Below, in pieces: positions 12,446-24,219 of a DNA stretch of 64,000 nucleotides. The stretch's first letter is position 1. Every line of letters starts with the position of its first letter. The translations under genes were made by a program, and so were the position numbers. Where the stretch lies: the NCBI GenBank assembly GCA_002897695.1, contig BDTG01000041.1, positions 20,101 through 84,100 on the forward strand, written 5' to 3'. The DNA is from a bacterium BMS3Abin14. Lineage in GTDB: Bacteria; BMS3Abin14. The notes below the pieces were generated by a model. It saw only the letters and a list, made by a program, of their open reading frames with translations, did not search any database and had not been told where the DNA came from.

Positions 12446-12533
12446 GCTTGATACTAATGGGGGGGCATCATAGATTGCAACAGGTTTCTGGCAGAAAGGC
12501 TTCCGACCAGGCCCGATCCAGATGATTTAAAAT

Positions 12534-13037
12534 CTATTCCTTGCTGACAAGATACTTGACGTTCTTCGCGTTGGCCATCTCCTCCTCAATGGCCTCAGAG
12601 GAGATCTCCAGGATCTTCAGGTGACTCTCGGCGGCGGACTTGATCTGAACCTCGAATTGGGCCCTCAGGCGTCGGATCTCCATGATCTGATCGCTGATTA
12701 CCGCAAGTTTCCTGTGAGCATCATCGATGGTTCTCTCCGCCTTGAGTTCGGCCTCGGAAATGATCAGTTCGGCCTCTTTTCTTGCGGCCATCTTCATATC
12801 CCCAGTGACCTTCTGGGCAGTTATCATGGTCTCTTTGAGAGTCTGCTCTCTCTGGCGAAGCTCGTCCAGCTGGTTTGTCAATCTGGCAAGTTTTTCCTTC
12901 AGTTTGCCGTTCTCACGAATGAGTTCCTCAAATTCAGCCGCCACCATTTCAAGAAAATTGTCGACCTCGCGGGTCTCGTATCCCCTCATCTTTACACGGA
13001 ACTGTTGGCTTTGTATGTCCAGCGGTGAAAGACGCAT
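12534..13037 (-). CDS. divIVA: DivIVA-domain cell-division protein
   Basis: N-terminal MRLSPLDIQSQQFRVKMRGYETREVDNFL is the DivIVA signature, followed by a coiled coil. Confidence 0.85.
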   Translation of the reverse strand: MRLSPLDIQSQQFRVKMRGYETREVDNFLEMVAAEFEELIRENGKLKEKLARLTNQLDELRQREQTLKETMITAQKVTGDMKMAARKEAELIISEAELKAERTIDDAHRKLAVISDQIMEIRRLRAQFEVQIKSAAESHLKILEISSEAIEEEMANAKNVKYLVSKE

Positions 13038-13056
13038 TTGTTTTCCCCTTTTCCTG

Positions 13057-13149
13057 GGGGACGTAGTTAAGTTGTTAAGTTATATATCATTTTTGTCGTT
13101 TAATGCCAGGTGACCACCCAGTAACTTAACAACTTAACTACGTCCCCTA
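13057..13149. repeat. 26-28 bp perfect inverted repeat (hairpin with a 39-nt loop) between yggT and divIVA
   Basis: 13058-13083 ggggacgtagttaagttgttaagtta is the exact reverse complement of 13123-13148. The arms contain a tandem gttaagtt. Confidence 0.85.
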
Positions 13150-13153
13150 TTCA

Positions 13154-13453
13154 TCATTTCAGCGACATGGCAATCCCGAAAAGGGATTGAACAAGAAATG
13201 TCTGCAGGAAGATGATCACGAAAATGGCGATGATGGGCGAGATATCCATCATTCCAAAACTGAACGGGATGATTTTTCGAATATATCCCAGAACCGGTTC
13301 GGTTATCCGGACAAGAAATTGATAGATGGGATTATATGGATCAGGAGAAAACCATGTGGCAACGGCTCGGATGATAATTATCCACATGTACAGGTTCAGG
13401 GCAATGCCAAGAATCCTGGCCAGGGCCATGATAAAGTTGCTCAGAACGAACAT
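13154..13453 (-). CDS. yggT: YggT family integral membrane protein
   Basis: 99-aa protein with two TM segments and YggT-like sequence. Sits in the yggS-yggT-divIVA neighbourhood. Confidence 0.8.
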   Translation of the reverse strand: MFVLSNFIMALARILGIALNLYMWIIIIRAVATWFSPDPYNPIYQFLVRITEPVLGYIRKIIPFSFGMMDISPIIAIFVIIFLQTFLVQSLFGIAMSLK

Positions 13454-13783
13454 AGGCCTTCGTATACCTCCGATTATACATTAAGAACTTGTCTTAACCA
13501 TATAAGTTATGTGCAATATTGTCAAACTGTCATATGCCTGATCCGTGGACGGCGAACGGATGTTTGACCAATCTCGTCCACAACTGTATCATGTTTTTTC
13601 AGGCGAGGTACACAGGGTAAGATCAAAAGTTCTGCAGGGTAATAGTTTAAACCATTTTTCTCTCGCCCGCGAGAAAACGCCTTTGAACTTCCGGAATGCG
13701 TCGCATATTGTCGGCTTCCGACTTCGCCTTCCAGGCCACGACGGACAAGGCGTGGGGACAAACACACCGAAAGGCGGTGGGGA

Positions 13784-14602
13784 TTGAAATACAGGAAGAC
13801 TATCGGGTTTGTCGGCGGAGGAAACATGGCGGAAGCCCTGGCCGGGGGAATAACAGGAGCCGGTATCGTCCCGCCTGAAGATATCCTCATCTCCGAACCT
13901 GTCAAGGAACGTCGCTCTTCCCTCCAGCGAAGGTTTGGATTTTCGGTTACCTCCCATAATGGGGCTCCTGCAGCCGAGTGCGGCACGGTCTTTCTCTCCG
14001 TTAAACCACAAATTCTTCCAGCCGTTCTCGATGAAATCGGCCCGATTCCCGGACCCGATCAGGTTATCATCTCCATTGCCGCCGGAGTCCCTCTCTCCGT
14101 CCTGAAGGCTGCCTTCCCGGCTACCCCTGTCATACGCGCCATGCCCAACACTCCCGCTCTCACCGGGAACGGGGCAACGGTTATTGCCCCTGGAGGAAAG
14201 GTCAAAGAGGGCATGATCGCCTGGGCATGCAGACTTTTTGAGGCCGTGGGCATATGCCTCGTTCTGCCGGAAAACATGATGGACGCTGTTACAGGCCTGT
14301 CGGGAAGCGGACCGGCATACATATTCCGCATGGCCGAGGCGCTTACCGAAGCAGGAACAAGCCTGGGACTACCGCCCGGGGACGCGTCCAGGCTTGTCAC
14401 TCAGACAATACTCGGCGCCGCCATGATGATGACGGAAACAAAGATGGAGCCGGCGGCCCTGCGCGAAAGGGTGACATCTCCCGGAGGAACAACCCAGGCC
14501 GGCCTGAAGGCCATGGCCGAAGCGGGTTTCGAGGATGCAGTCAAAAAGGGTGTCCTGGCGGCTGCCGAAAGATCGAAGGCGTTAGGAAAGGGCAGCGTCT
14601 AG
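13784..14602 (+). CDS. proC: Pyrroline-5-carboxylate reductase
   Basis: IGFVGGGNMAEAL NADP-binding N-terminus and a ProC C-terminal dimerisation region (TSPGGTTQAGL). Confidence 0.9.
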   Translation: MKYRKTIGFVGGGNMAEALAGGITGAGIVPPEDILISEPVKERRSSLQRRFGFSVTSHNGAPAAECGTVFLSVKPQILPAVLDEIGPIPGPDQVIISIAAGVPLSVLKAAFPATPVIRAMPNTPALTGNGATVIAPGGKVKEGMIAWACRLFEAVGICLVLPENMMDAVTGLSGSGPAYIFRMAEALTEAGTSLGLPPGDASRLVTQTILGAAMMMTETKMEPAALRERVTSPGGTTQAGLKAMAEAGFEDAVKKGVLAAAERSKALGKGSV

Positions 14603-15291
14603 TAGCCCCGGCGACCAAAAATAGCCGTCCCCACCCTGACGATGGTCGCGCCTTCCTCAACGGCGACCTCGTAGTCCCCACTCATCCCCATGGAAAGCTC
14701 TCTGATGCTCCCGGGAGGAAAACCGCGAGTTCCAAGATCATCCCTCAGCTTTTTCAGCTCCCCGAAATGTTCCCTGGAGTCCTCCGGGTCGGAAGAAAAC
14801 GGCGGGATCGTCATCAACCCACAGGGTTTAACACCCTCCTCTTCCAGAAGGACAGAAAGGATGTCGGGAACGTCCAGGGGCCTGCAGCCGAACTTCGCCT
14901 CCTCACCCGACACGCTGACCTGAACCAGCGTCCGACAAACCACGGAGGCCTCCCGGTAGCGTCTGGCCACCTCTCTGGCCAGCCCGACCGAATCGATGGA
15001 GTGGATCCATTTGAAGAGAGGAGGACAGTTTCTGACCTTGTTTTTCTGAAGGTGACCGACCATGTGCCACACCAGATCCCCGGACAATTGAGGAATTTTC
15101 CCCTTCGCGTCCTGAATACGGTTCTCCCCGAAATCCACCTGCCCTGCGGATGCGGCCGCTGCGATACGGTCCATCGGCATCGTCTTGCTGATAGCCAGCA
15201 GAAGGACGTCTTCAGGAAGCCTGCCGGAGCGTTCGCACGCGCTATAAATCTTTTTCCGAACATTTCCCAGATTTTCGGCTATTCTATCCAT
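14599..15291 (-). CDS. yggS: YggS/YlmE-family PLP homeostasis protein
   Basis: 230 aa with alanine-racemase-N-like fold motifs (LLAISKT lysine, SMGMSGDY). The stop overlaps the proC stop in CTAG. Confidence 0.85.
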   Translation of the reverse strand: MDRIAENLGNVRKKIYSACERSGRLPEDVLLLAISKTMPMDRIAAAASAGQVDFGENRIQDAKGKIPQLSGDLVWHMVGHLQKNKVRNCPPLFKWIHSIDSVGLAREVARRYREASVVCRTLVQVSVSGEEAKFGCRPLDVPDILSVLLEEEGVKPCGLMTIPPFSSDPEDSREHFGELKKLRDDLGTRGFPPGSIRELSMGMSGDYEVAVEEGATIVRVGTAIFGRRGY

Positions 15292-15360
15292 GGTGTACTT
15301 ATATCAGCAGATGGACAATAAATCACCGATCTTGGCAGGGTCGTAAAAAATCGTTAATAG

Positions 15361-15678
<318 letters not shown>

Positions 15679-15682
15679 AAAA

Positions 15683-15710
15683 GGGCCACACAGATGTGCG
15701 GCCCTAAATT
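15683..15710. terminator. Bidirectional hairpin between the ferredoxin gene and tRNA-Asp
   Basis: gggccacacagatgtgcggccc stem-loop flanked by an A-run and a T-run. Confidence 0.45.
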
Positions 15711-15711
15711 C

Positions 15712-15788
<77 letters not shown>

Positions 15789-15836
15789 AGTTTTTCAACC
15801 TTACCCCGCACTGCATCAAGCGCGGATTTGTCCATT

Positions 15837-15912
15837 TGGTGGGCGGTACAAGGCTCGAACTTGTGACCCCCGGCTTGTAAGGCCGATGCTCTCCCAACTG
15901 AGCTAACCGCCC
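15837..15912 (-). tRNA. tRNA-Val(UAC), CCA encoded
   Basis: Acceptor GGGCGGU/ACCGCCC, D-arm GCUCAGUUGGGAGAGC, anticodon loop CUUACAA, T-loop UUCGAGC, discriminator A. Confidence 0.9.
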
Positions 15913-16018
15913 ACGGGAAGCCTACTTATAATCGTCTTGCCCGTCATTGTCAATCCGGCAAAACCGCTTCAAACCCTTTTGCCCGGCGGGGATGCTATCA
16001 GCATAACTCCCCCGGAAC

Positions 16019-18442
16019 CTAGTGAGCCAGCATCGGGCCTGCCTGGTCCTGCAAACCTTCAGGGCCCCGTCCCCGCAAGGGCGCGATGGGCATCTCCTCA
16101 GTGCAGGGCAGAAGGGCAAGCTTGAGCACCTCGTCTACACTTTCCACATCATGTATGCTCAATCCCTTGAGAATCTCAGCAGGGACCTCAGTTAAATCTA
16201 TCCGGTTCTCTTTGGGAATGATTACATCCGTTACACCGCCCCTATTGGCTGCGAGGAGTTTCTCTTTCAACCCGCCGATCTTCAGCACACGCCCGCGCAA
16301 CGTGATTTCACCGGTCATGGCCAGGTTGTGCCTGACAGGTCTTCCCGTAAGGGCCGAGGCAAGGGATGTGGCGAGGGTGATCCCGGCGGAAGGACCGTCT
16401 TTGGGGATAGCCCCCTCCGGGACGTGGACGTGGATGTCCACCTTCTGGTAAAAGTCCCGGGGGATATCAAGTTCGCTGCCTTTGGAGCGAACATAACTGA
16501 GAGCAGCCCTGGCGGACTCCTGCATGACCTCCCCTAGCTTTCCCGTTAACGTGAGGTTTCCCTTGCCCTCCATGACGGTGACCTCGATCTGAAGCAGTTC
16601 GCCTCCGACCTCGGTCCAGGCCAGGCCGGTAGTCAGCCCGACCCTATCCTTCTCCTCAATGAGACCATGATCATACTTGGGCACGCCCAGATATTTTTTC
16701 ACCACATTGCTGTTTAAACTTATGCGTTTCGCCTGTTCTTTCCCCGCCTTGACAATGTCCCGCGCCACCTTGCGGAATACGGAAGCAATCTCCCGTTCAA
16801 GATTTCGGACACCGCTTTCCATCGTATAGTTCCGGATGATCGTTAAAAGACCGGCGTCCGTAAATCGTGCGTATTTCTCGGAAAGACCGTTTGCCTTAAG
16901 CTGTTTTTTTACCAGGAACTGTTTGGCGATGTTGAGTTTCTCCGGCTCCGTATAGCCCGCGATGCGGATAATCTCCATGCGGTCCCTGAGCGGGGCCGGA
17001 ACAGGATCGAGGGCGTTTGCCGTGGTGATGAACATTACATGTGAAAGGTCGTAATCAACCTCGAGGTAGTGATCGGAAAAAGCGTTGTTCTGCTCCGGGT
17101 CCAGGACCTCCAGGAGAGCTGATGATGGATCCCCGCGGAAATCCATGCTCATTTTATCCACTTCATCGAGAAGGAACAGCGGGTTAACCGTCCCGGCGCG
17201 CTTCATGGACTGGACAATTCGGCCGGGGAGCGCTCCGATATAAGTCCTCCGGTGTCCCCGGATCTCTGCCTCATCCCTGACTCCACCGAGGGACAAACGG
17301 ACAAAATTCCGGCCCATGGCGCGGGCGATGGACTTGGCCAGAGATGTCTTGCCAACTCCCGGAGGGCCCACGAAGCAGAGAATGGGCCCTTTCAGCTTGC
17401 CCACCAGCTGGTGAACAGCCAGATATTCCAGAATTCGCTCCTTTACCTTGTGCAGACCGTAATGATCCTCGTTTAGAATGCGCTCGGCCTCGGTAATATC
17501 CAGTTTGTCATCGGTCTTTGCCTTCCAAGGTATGGAGATCAGCCAGTCAATATAGTTGCGAACAACGGTGGCTTCGGCCGCCATTGGCGCCATCATCTTC
17601 AAACGGCGAAGTTCTTTAAGCGCCTTCTCATTGACCGATTCAGGCATCTCGGCGGCCTTGATCTTCTCCTCAAGTTCCTGAACCTCGGCCTTGGCCTCGT
17701 CCTTTTCGCCCAGTTCCTTCTGGATGGCCCTCATCTGTTCGTTGAGATAATATTCCTTCTGGGTCCTTTCCATCTGGCGCTTGACCCGGCCTCGTATCTT
17801 CCTTTCGATCTGGAGAATTTCGATCTCCGACTCCATTATCTGAAGTATGCTTTCCAGGCGGTGCGGCACCTCGATGGTTTCAAGAAGGTCCTGTTTGTCC
17901 TCCAGTTTGACAAGGAGATGAGCGGCGATTGTATCGGCAAACTTCCCCGGGTCCTCAATCATATTGACGGTGGAAAGGACCTCCTGCGGAACCTTCTTGT
18001 TGAGCTTCGCGTACCGCTCAAACCGGTCGACAATACTTCTCATCAGAGCCTCGATCTCAGGGACCATGGGACAGAAATATTCCAGTTCCTCGAACTCGGA
18101 AGAAAAGTAATCCACCGTCTCCCTGAAATCGGTAAGACGGCATCTCTTCTGCCCTTCTACAAGGACCTTGACCGTCCCATCGGGCAGCTTGAGCATCTGA
18201 AGAATGGACGAAAGGGTCCCCACCTCGTGGATCTCGTCCGGCGCCGGCTCATCTATCTTTGGATCCTTCTGAGCCGACAGCAGGATGTTTTTATCCGCCT
18301 CCATCGCCACCTCCAGGGCACGGATAGATTTATCCCTGCCCACGAAAAGAGGGACGATCATGTGGGGAAATACAACTATGTCTCTAAGCGGCAAAACGGG
18401 CAGCGCCTTGTCGATAAAAACTTTTTGTGTTTTGTCAGCCAT
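16019..18442 (-). CDS. lon: ATP-dependent protease Lon. Start ATG 18442; the track ORF is extended to 18517.
   Basis: LON N-domain ([12 protein letters not shown]), AAA+ Walker [10 protein letters not shown] and protease domain with catalytic [10 protein letters not shown]. Confidence 0.95.
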   Translation of the reverse strand: MADKTQKVFIDKALPVLPLRDIVVFPHMIVPLFVGRDKSIRALEVAMEADKNILLSAQKDPKIDEPAPDEIHEVGTLSSILQMLKLPDGTVKVLVEGQKRCRLTDFRETVDYFSSEFEELEYFCPMVPEIEALMRSIVDRFERYAKLNKKVPQEVLSTVNMIEDPGKFADTIAAHLLVKLEDKQDLLETIEVPHRLESILQIMESEIEILQIERKIRGRVKRQMERTQKEYYLNEQMRAIQKELGEKDEAKAEVQELEEKIKAAEMPESVNEKALKELRRLKMMAPMAAEATVVRNYIDWLISIPWKAKTDDKLDITEAERILNEDHYGLHKVKERILEYLAVHQLVGKLKGPILCFVGPPGVGKTSLAKSIARAMGRNFVRLSLGGVRDEAEIRGHRRTYIGALPGRIVQSMKRAGTVNPLFLLDEVDKMSMDFRGDPSSALLEVLDPEQNNAFSDHYLEVDYDLSHVMFITTANALDPVPAPLRDRMEIIRIAGYTEPEKLNIAKQFLVKKQLKANGLSEKYARFTDAGLLTIIRNYTMESGVRNLEREIASVFRKVARDIVKAGKEQAKRISLNSNVVKKYLGVPKYDHGLIEEKDRVGLTTGLAWTEVGGELLQIEVTVMEGKGNLTLTGKLGEVMQESARAALSYVRSKGSELDIPRDFYQKVDIHVHVPEGAIPKDGPSAGITLATSLASALTGRPVRHNLAMTGEITLRGRVLKIGGLKEKLLAANRGGVTDVIIPKENRIDLTEVPAEILKGLSIHDVESVDEVLKLALLPCTEEMPIAPLRGRGPEGLQDQAGPMLAH

Positions 18443-18532
18443 TTGCGAATCACACTCCATTCTATTTACACAGTTACCCCCAGCCTTAAAGGATGGTCCC
18501 CTCGAACAAGGGGACATCGGGCCGGGGGGAAT

Positions 18533-19801
18533 TTATGATACCTTTTTTTCCTCTTCCTCCTCGCCGGGACCCGAGTCGTAAAGAAGTATGGGATCCATGC
18601 TGGAAAGAACGACATCCTCGTTGACAATACACTCACGAACGTTAGGCTGCGAGGGAAGATCGTACATGATATTGAGCATCCGGTCCTCCAGAATGGCACG
18701 CAGGCCTCTGGCCCCGGATTTCCGGTCAATGGCCTCTTTCGCAACCGCGGAAAGAGCCCCTGCTGTAAATTTCAACGCTGTATTCTCAAATCCAAAGAAT
18801 TTCTGGTATTGCTTGACCAGCGCGTTTTTCGGTTCAGTGAGTATGCTGACCAAGGCATCTTCATCCAGGTCGTGAAGGGTGGCCACAACCGGGATCCTGC
18901 CGACAAACTCCGGGATCATGCCGAAACGAATTAAATCCTCCGGCCGCATTTGAGTGAGGATTTGACCAATATTTTTTTCTGTCCTGGTCTTGACCTCAGC
19001 CCCGAAACCAAGGCCCTTTTTCCCTATCCTCTGCTCGATCACCGACTCCAGCCCGACAAATGCTCCACCGCAGATGAAAAGAATATTCTCGGTATCGACC
19101 GCGATAAACTCCTGCTGAGGATGCTTACGTCCACCCTGGGGAGGCACGTTTGCCAAAGTACCCTCAATAATTTTAAGGAGGGCCTGCTGAACTCCCTCGC
19201 CGGAAACATCCCTGGTAATGGATGGGTTGTCGCTCTTCCTTGCGACCTTGTCGATTTCATCAATGTAAACGATCCCCTTCTCCGCACGGCTCACGTCGTA
19301 ATCGGCATTCTGCAGAAGCCTGAGGATAATATTTTCAACATCCTCGCCGACGTACCCCGCTTCAGTCAGTGTCGTCGCGTCAACGATGGCAAATGGAACG
19401 TTAAGAATCCTTGCCAGGGTCTGCGCAAGGAGGGTTTTCCCTGTTCCGGTCGGACCTATAAGAAAAATATTGCTTTTCTGAAGCTCAACATCATCACTGC
19501 TGGCTTCGATGCGTTTGTAATGATTATATACCGCCACGGAGAGCATCTTTTTGGCCCTTTTCTGACCTATCACATACTCGTCCAGAGCTTTTTTTATCTG
19601 TTCGGGCTTCAGCAGATCTTTTGAGATCCTTTCGCTTTCCTCGCGTTCCCACTCCTCCTCGATAATGTCGGTACACAGATCCACGCACTCGTTGCAAATA
19701 TAGACCGTAGGGCCGGCGATCAGTTTACGGACCTCATCCTGTGTCTTACCGCAGAAGGAACAGCGCAGTATCGAACTGTTCGTGCCCGTTTTTTCACTCA
19801 T
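18533..19801 (-). CDS. clpX: ATP-dependent Clp protease ATP-binding subunit ClpX
   Basis: Zinc-ribbon CSFCGK...CNEC and AAA+ [11 protein letters not shown]. Confidence 0.95.
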   Translation of the reverse strand: MSEKTGTNSSILRCSFCGKTQDEVRKLIAGPTVYICNECVDLCTDIIEEEWEREESERISKDLLKPEQIKKALDEYVIGQKRAKKMLSVAVYNHYKRIEASSDDVELQKSNIFLIGPTGTGKTLLAQTLARILNVPFAIVDATTLTEAGYVGEDVENIILRLLQNADYDVSRAEKGIVYIDEIDKVARKSDNPSITRDVSGEGVQQALLKIIEGTLANVPPQGGRKHPQQEFIAVDTENILFICGGAFVGLESVIEQRIGKKGLGFGAEVKTRTEKNIGQILTQMRPEDLIRFGMIPEFVGRIPVVATLHDLDEDALVSILTEPKNALVKQYQKFFGFENTALKFTAGALSAVAKEAIDRKSGARGLRAILEDRMLNIMYDLPSQPNVRECIVNEDVVLSSMDPILLYDSGPGEEEEEKKVS

Positions 19802-19828
19802 GGTTTCTCCTTCGTGGCTTTAGACGCA

Positions 19829-20419
19829 CTATTCGGCAAGCCGTTGGGAAATCACTCTGTCAACCAGTCCATACTGTACAGCCTGTTCTCCTGACATGAA
19901 AAAATCACGGTCTGTATCCGCTTCAATAGTCTCAAGGGGCTGTCCGGTACTCTCGGCGAGAATACCGTTCAGCTCACCCTTGATGCGCAATATTTCCTTC
20001 GCATGTATGTCTATATCCGATGCCTGTCCCGAAAAACCGCCCATGGGCTGGTGGATCATAATCCTCGCGTGGGGCAGAGACAACCGCTTCCCCCTGGTGC
20101 CGGCAGAAAGGATAAGAGCGCCCATGCTCGCTGCCTGTCCGATGCAGATCGTCTCAATCTCCGGTCTAATGTAACGCAGGGTATCGTAGATGGCAAGACC
20201 GGCCGACACGGACCCTCCGGGACTGTTGATATAGATGTGTATATCCTTGTCGGGCGCGTCAGCCTCCAGGAAGAGCAGCTGCGCGATGATCAGGTTTGAA
20301 ACATTGTCATCGATGGTGGTGCCCAGGAAGATTATCCGATCTTTCAGGAGACGCGAATAGATATCGTAGGCCCTCTCTCCCCGGCCCGTTTGTTCGATTA
20401 CCATCGGGATAAGGTTCAT
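19829..20419 (-). CDS. clpP: ATP-dependent Clp protease proteolytic subunit ClpP. Start ATG 20419.
   Basis: [26 protein letters not shown] and the catalytic Ser/His/Asp region GQAASMGA...HQP. Confidence 0.95.
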   Translation of the reverse strand: MNLIPMVIEQTGRGERAYDIYSRLLKDRIIFLGTTIDDNVSNLIIAQLLFLEADAPDKDIHIYINSPGGSVSAGLAIYDTLRYIRPEIETICIGQAASMGALILSAGTRGKRLSLPHARIMIHQPMGGFSGQASDIDIHAKEILRIKGELNGILAESTGQPLETIEADTDRDFFMSGEQAVQYGLVDRVISQRLAE

Positions 20420-20420
20420 G

Positions 20421-21737
20421 TCAATTATCCTCCTGCCCGTTTTCATCCTTTACCTCGACCTCTGTGATGGAGGCGTTTTCCAGGATGTGGTTAAAGACCT
20501 TGTCACGCAGGATACCGAAGGTGATCTCATTAATGGTGCCGTCGGATGAATACTCCTCCCTGAGATCCTCGTAACGTTTACCCGCCTGGGCCGCAGCACG
20601 TCTGATTATGGCGTCAACCTCCGCGTCCCTGGTCTCGAACTTTTCCCTGTCTGCAATTTCGCTGACGATATACATGAGACGGCCGTGTTCTGTGGCCGTT
20701 TTTTTGAGTTCATCCTCGTTGACCAGGATAAGTTCCTTGATCTTCTCGCCGGGAACACCCGCCCGAGTCAGTTTTTCACCGTAATCCTGGACGAGGAACC
20801 TCAACTCCTTGTCCACCAGAGAGGGGGGTACCTCAAACACGTTGGTATCAACCAGGTTGCGCGTCAGGTTTGAGCGCAGACCGCGCTCGGAATCGGCCTC
20901 CCTGGCTTTTTCCATGTCCTCGCGAACGGCCTTCTTCAATTCATCGACCGTTTTGTACTCACCCACGGTGGAGGCAAATTCGTCGTCAAGATCGGGGATG
21001 TCCAGCATCTCGATCGTCTTTATGTTTACCGAAAAGTGAATTGTATGTCCTGCCAGGTCCCTGTTGGCAAAATCGTCGGAGAAGGGAAGGTCGAACTCTT
21101 TTACCTCGCCTGCCTTCATGCCAACGATCTGCTCTTCAAAACCGGGCACCAGTTCAGTTTTGCCTATCCGGATACCGTAGTCCTTGACGTCCATCCCCTC
21201 TACGGGCTCACCCTCTTTTGTCCCGGAGAAATCAACCCTGGCCAGGTCTCCGCTGCGAAGCGCCCTGTCCTCTTCAACCGGGACGGCCTCGGCCCGTTGT
21301 TCCCTGAAAGAATCCAGAAAACCGGTTACATCCTCATCCTTGACCCGGGATATGGGTTTCTCCAGTTCAAGTCCCCTGTAATCAACAAGTTCGAAGGATG
21401 GGGACAGTTCAACTATGGCCTCGAACCCCAGGGGATTGTCGTCATCGCTCTTAACGTCGGTAAGATATGGACTGCCGAAAGGGATCAGATTATTTTCATC
21501 CAGCGCCTTTCGGGTAGCGACGGATACCAATGATTTTATGGCGTCATCCTTCGCCTCGGCGCCATAGATTTTACGAACCATCTCAAGGGGTGCCTTGCCC
21601 TTGCGAAACCCCTTCAGCGTGGCTCCGGCCCTGATATGGAGGAGGGCCTTGTCGATCTCCTCCTTAACCGTATCCCATGGTATCTCTACACTCAGTTTTC
21701 TCTCCACATCGCTTGTTTTCTCAATGTTGATCTTCAT
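20421..21737 (-). CDS. tig: Trigger factor. Start ATG 21737 with RBS gaggag.
   Basis: [28 protein letters not shown]-terminal ribosome-binding domain and an FKBP-type PPIase middle domain. Confidence 0.9.
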   Translation of the reverse strand: MKINIEKTSDVERKLSVEIPWDTVKEEIDKALLHIRAGATLKGFRKGKAPLEMVRKIYGAEAKDDAIKSLVSVATRKALDENNLIPFGSPYLTDVKSDDDNPLGFEAIVELSPSFELVDYRGLELEKPISRVKDEDVTGFLDSFREQRAEAVPVEEDRALRSGDLARVDFSGTKEGEPVEGMDVKDYGIRIGKTELVPGFEEQIVGMKAGEVKEFDLPFSDDFANRDLAGHTIHFSVNIKTIEMLDIPDLDDEFASTVGEYKTVDELKKAVREDMEKAREADSERGLRSNLTRNLVDTNVFEVPPSLVDKELRFLVQDYGEKLTRAGVPGEKIKELILVNEDELKKTATEHGRLMYIVSEIADREKFETRDAEVDAIIRRAAAQAGKRYEDLREEYSSDGTINEITFGILRDKVFNHILENASITEVEVKDENGQEDN

Positions 21738-21788
21738 GAAAAAATTTGCTCCTCTCAAAAATACGGTAAATAAAATTAGTCTCCGGCG

Positions 21789-21873
21789 TGGTGCGAGAAG
21801 GGGGACTCGAACCCCCACACCGTAAGGTACTGGGTCCTAAACCCAGCGCGTCTGCCGGTTCCGCCATTCTCGC
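21789..21873 (-). tRNA. tRNA-Leu(UAG), type II with long variable arm, CCA encoded
   Basis: Acceptor GCGAGAA/UUCUCGC, anticodon stem-loop CUGGG-UUUAGGA-CCCAG, long extra arm and T-loop UUCGAGU. Confidence 0.85.
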
Positions 21874-21884
21874 AGTTAACCAGT

Positions 21885-21905
21885 GTCCAAGGTCCAACGT
21901 CCAAT
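21885..21905. repeat. Tandem GTCCAA(N) x3 (TTGGAC on the minus strand) immediately upstream of tRNA-Leu
   Basis: gtccaaggtccaacgtccaat. Same heptamer family as at 36875 and 38790. Confidence 0.6.
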
Positions 21906-22050
21906 ATTGTCGCCGTTTCGGCGGCTGGATAAAAATGGTTTCTAACAGGATTACAAGTTTTTTGGAAGAGGGTTCGTGTCTTTCCGCCCTGCATGGAGGG
22001 GGGGCCTTTCCCCCGCGAAGTGGCAGGCCGCCATATGTCCCGTCGCCAAT

Positions 22051-22779
22051 TCACGAAGATCGGGCTGGGTACATCACCGCAACGCGATTGCTGATATGCT
22101 CCACTACGCTCAGATCATGGGAAATAAAGAGGTAGGTCAGGCCAAACTCCTCCTGTAGGTCCTGAAGGAGATTTATCACCTGGGCCTGGATGGAAACATC
22201 CAGGGCGGACACGGCCTCGTCACAGACGATGAGGCTCGGGTTAAGGGCCAGCGCCCTGGCAATTCCTATGCGCTGCCTCTGCCCTCCCGAGAACTGGTGA
22301 GGATACCTTCTCATATGTTCTTTCTTCAATCCGACGTATTCGAGAAGTTCCTGAACCCTGGCGTTACGTTCAGACCGGGTCGACATTCCGTGCACCAGGA
22401 GAGGCTCTCCGACAATGTGGGACACGTTCTTCCGGGGGTTTAGGGATGAAAATGGATCCTGAAAAATGATCTGTACTTCCTTGCGCAACGCTCGCATACG
22501 GGCCTTGTCAAAAGCGAGGATATTCTCTCCCCTGTAGAGCACCTCGCCGGCGGTTGGATCGAGAAGCCTCAGGAGAAGAAAGCCCAGAGTGGATTTTCCG
22601 CATCCCGATTCTCCCACCAGTCCCATGGTCTGCCTCTCGGGGATTGTGAGGCTGACCCCGTCCACAGCCTTCACGGATGCAACCTCACGAAGCAGGGCGC
22701 CTCCTTTTACAGGAAAATACTTCACCAGATCCCTGATCTCCACCAGAGGGATCTCTCTGCCTCCTGGATCTTCAGCCAT
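22051..22779 (-). CDS. oppF: Oligopeptide/dipeptide ABC transporter ATP-binding protein (OppF/DppF-like). The ABC domain is complete but the conserved C-terminal extension is missing.
   Basis: Walker [10 protein letters not shown], signature FSGGQRQR, Walker [13 protein letters not shown] and H-loop ISHDL. It ends right after RVAVMY, where homologues continue about 70 aa more. Confidence 0.65.
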   Translation of the reverse strand: MAEDPGGREIPLVEIRDLVKYFPVKGGALLREVASVKAVDGVSLTIPERQTMGLVGESGCGKSTLGFLLLRLLDPTAGEVLYRGENILAFDKARMRALRKEVQIIFQDPFSSLNPRKNVSHIVGEPLLVHGMSTRSERNARVQELLEYVGLKKEHMRRYPHQFSGGQRQRIGIARALALNPSLIVCDEAVSALDVSIQAQVINLLQDLQEEFGLTYLFISHDLSVVEHISNRVAVMYPARSS

Positions 22780-23635
22780 ATTTATGACAGCTAACGGTGT
22801 GCCCTGGTGCAACCTCGACCTCCGGGGCCTTTTCATGGAGACATTCGTCCATGGCATCCGGACAGCGTTCACAATAGTTGCAGCCGTCCGGCAGGGAGAA
22901 AAGCGAACAGACCGTACCGCCGATGGTGGTAAGCCTCCTGCTTTTCCGAGAATTCAGTACGGGCATGGAGTTTAACAGCCCGACGGTATATGGATGTCGC
23001 GGATCATGAAAAAGATCCTCCACCCTGGCCATCTCCACCACCCTGCCGCAGTACAGCACCACGACCCTCTGTGCCATCTCGGCAATAACCCCCAGGTCGT
23101 GGGTAATAAACAGGATTGAAGCGTTGGTTTCCTCCTTGAGCCTGTTCATCAGGTCAAGGATCTGAGCCTGGATGGTCACATCAAGAGCTGTGGTCGGCTC
23201 GTCGGCTATCATCAACCTCAGATTGCAGGCGAGGGCCATGGCAATCATCACCCGCTGCCGCATTCCACCACTCATCTGGTGGGGGTGGTCGTCGATGCGA
23301 TCTTCGGGAGCCGGTATACCCACGAGACGAAACGCCTCTATAACCTTCTCCCTTGTCTGCTTCCGCGAAAGTCTATGGTGGTGCTGTATGACCTCGGCGA
23401 CCTGATTACCCACGGTGTATACCGGGTTCAACGATGTCATCGGCTCCTGAAAGATTATGGAAATCCGGTTTCCGCGGATTTTTCTCATGCGCGATTCAGG
23501 CGCCTTTAACAGGTCCTCTCCCTCAAAGAGGATCTCACCGCCGGCGATCCTTCCGGGAGGGGATGGGATCAGCCCCATAATGGCGGCGGCCGTCACCCAA
23601 CAGGTTGAAGCCCAGAACCCCCAGGAATATGGCAA
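22772..23635 (-). pseudogene. oppD: oppD/dppD remnant lacking the N-terminal ~55 codons, including the Walker A
   Basis: Homology begins at [25 protein letters not shown], which is OppD residue ~50 onward. It retains LSGGMRQR, Walker B and a C-terminal Cys-rich tail, but no GxxGxGKS is upstream in any frame. Confidence 0.6.
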
Positions 23636-24021
23636 TGCCGGGTAAAGCCATTACCCACCAGGCCCGGAGGATCAGGGAACGCCCCGAACAGAACAGCGAT
23701 CCCTACACTGACGACTCCGACCATGAGGGAAACCCTGGCCCCGAATATAATTCTGGACAGGATGTCCCTGCCCAGGTCATCCGTCCCCAGCAGGTTTTCG
23801 GAACTCCCTCCCTGTTGCCATATCGGAGGCTTCAGCTGATCGTAAAGGGAATTTTCAATGGGATCGTGGGGACTGAGAACCGGGGCAAACAGGGCGGCAA
23901 GGACAAACAGGGTGATCAACACCAGACCGAGCACACCGGTCCTGTTCTTCAGCAGCTTTTCAAGCTGGTCGAAAAACGGGTGTCTGTTTTCCGGATCCGT
24001 AAATCTCGTGATCAAGCCCAT
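23560..24021 (-). pseudogene. oppC: oppC/dppC remnant: the N-terminal ~115 aa are joined by a frameshift to the last ~30 aa
   Basis: Frame A reads ...GTDDLGRDILSRIIFGARVSLMVGVVSVGIAVLFGAF and then stops. Frame B reads ...[25 protein letters not shown], the OppC C-terminus. About 140 codons of the permease core are absent. Confidence 0.6.
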
Positions 24022-24053
24022 AACGATTATAAACTTCCTTTTCTAACCATCAT

Positions 24054-24219
24054 CTGTTGATGGACTCGCAAAAAGTCCATTCGTGGCTTTTTGCTCAACG
24101 GAAAGCGGAAAATGTCATTTTCACTTTCCTTACAAATCAACGACTTGCGCTGCAAGTCATCGATTTGGGCGCCCTTAAACGGGCGCGTTGATGACTTTTT
24201 GCGAAGTCATCAACTGTTG
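24054..24219. repeat. Intergenic repeat element copy E1, about 165 bp, with imperfect terminal inverted repeats
   Basis: ctgttgatggactcgcaaaaagtcca ... gactttttgcgaagtcatcaactgttg. The core tggctttttgctcaacggaaagcg-aaaa-tgtc-ttttcactttc...acaaatcaac-acttgcg is about 85% identical to the copy at 58700-58887. Confidence 0.75.

Noticed and set aside
14254-15321. 355-aa Arg/Gly-rich + strand ORF
   Set aside because: Fully antisense to yggS. Low-complexity composition typical of a GC-rich reverse frame.
15331-15360. TTGGCA-N16-TTAATA as a confident sigma70 promoter for the ferredoxin gene
   Set aside because: Plausible, but the same head motif occurs antisense to genes elsewhere (39467 and 57336). 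It is more likely part of the repeat family, so it is reported only as a finding.
23605-24060. 151-aa + strand ORF across the oppC remnant
   Set aside because: Antisense. The sense strand carries recognisable OppC sequence in two frames.
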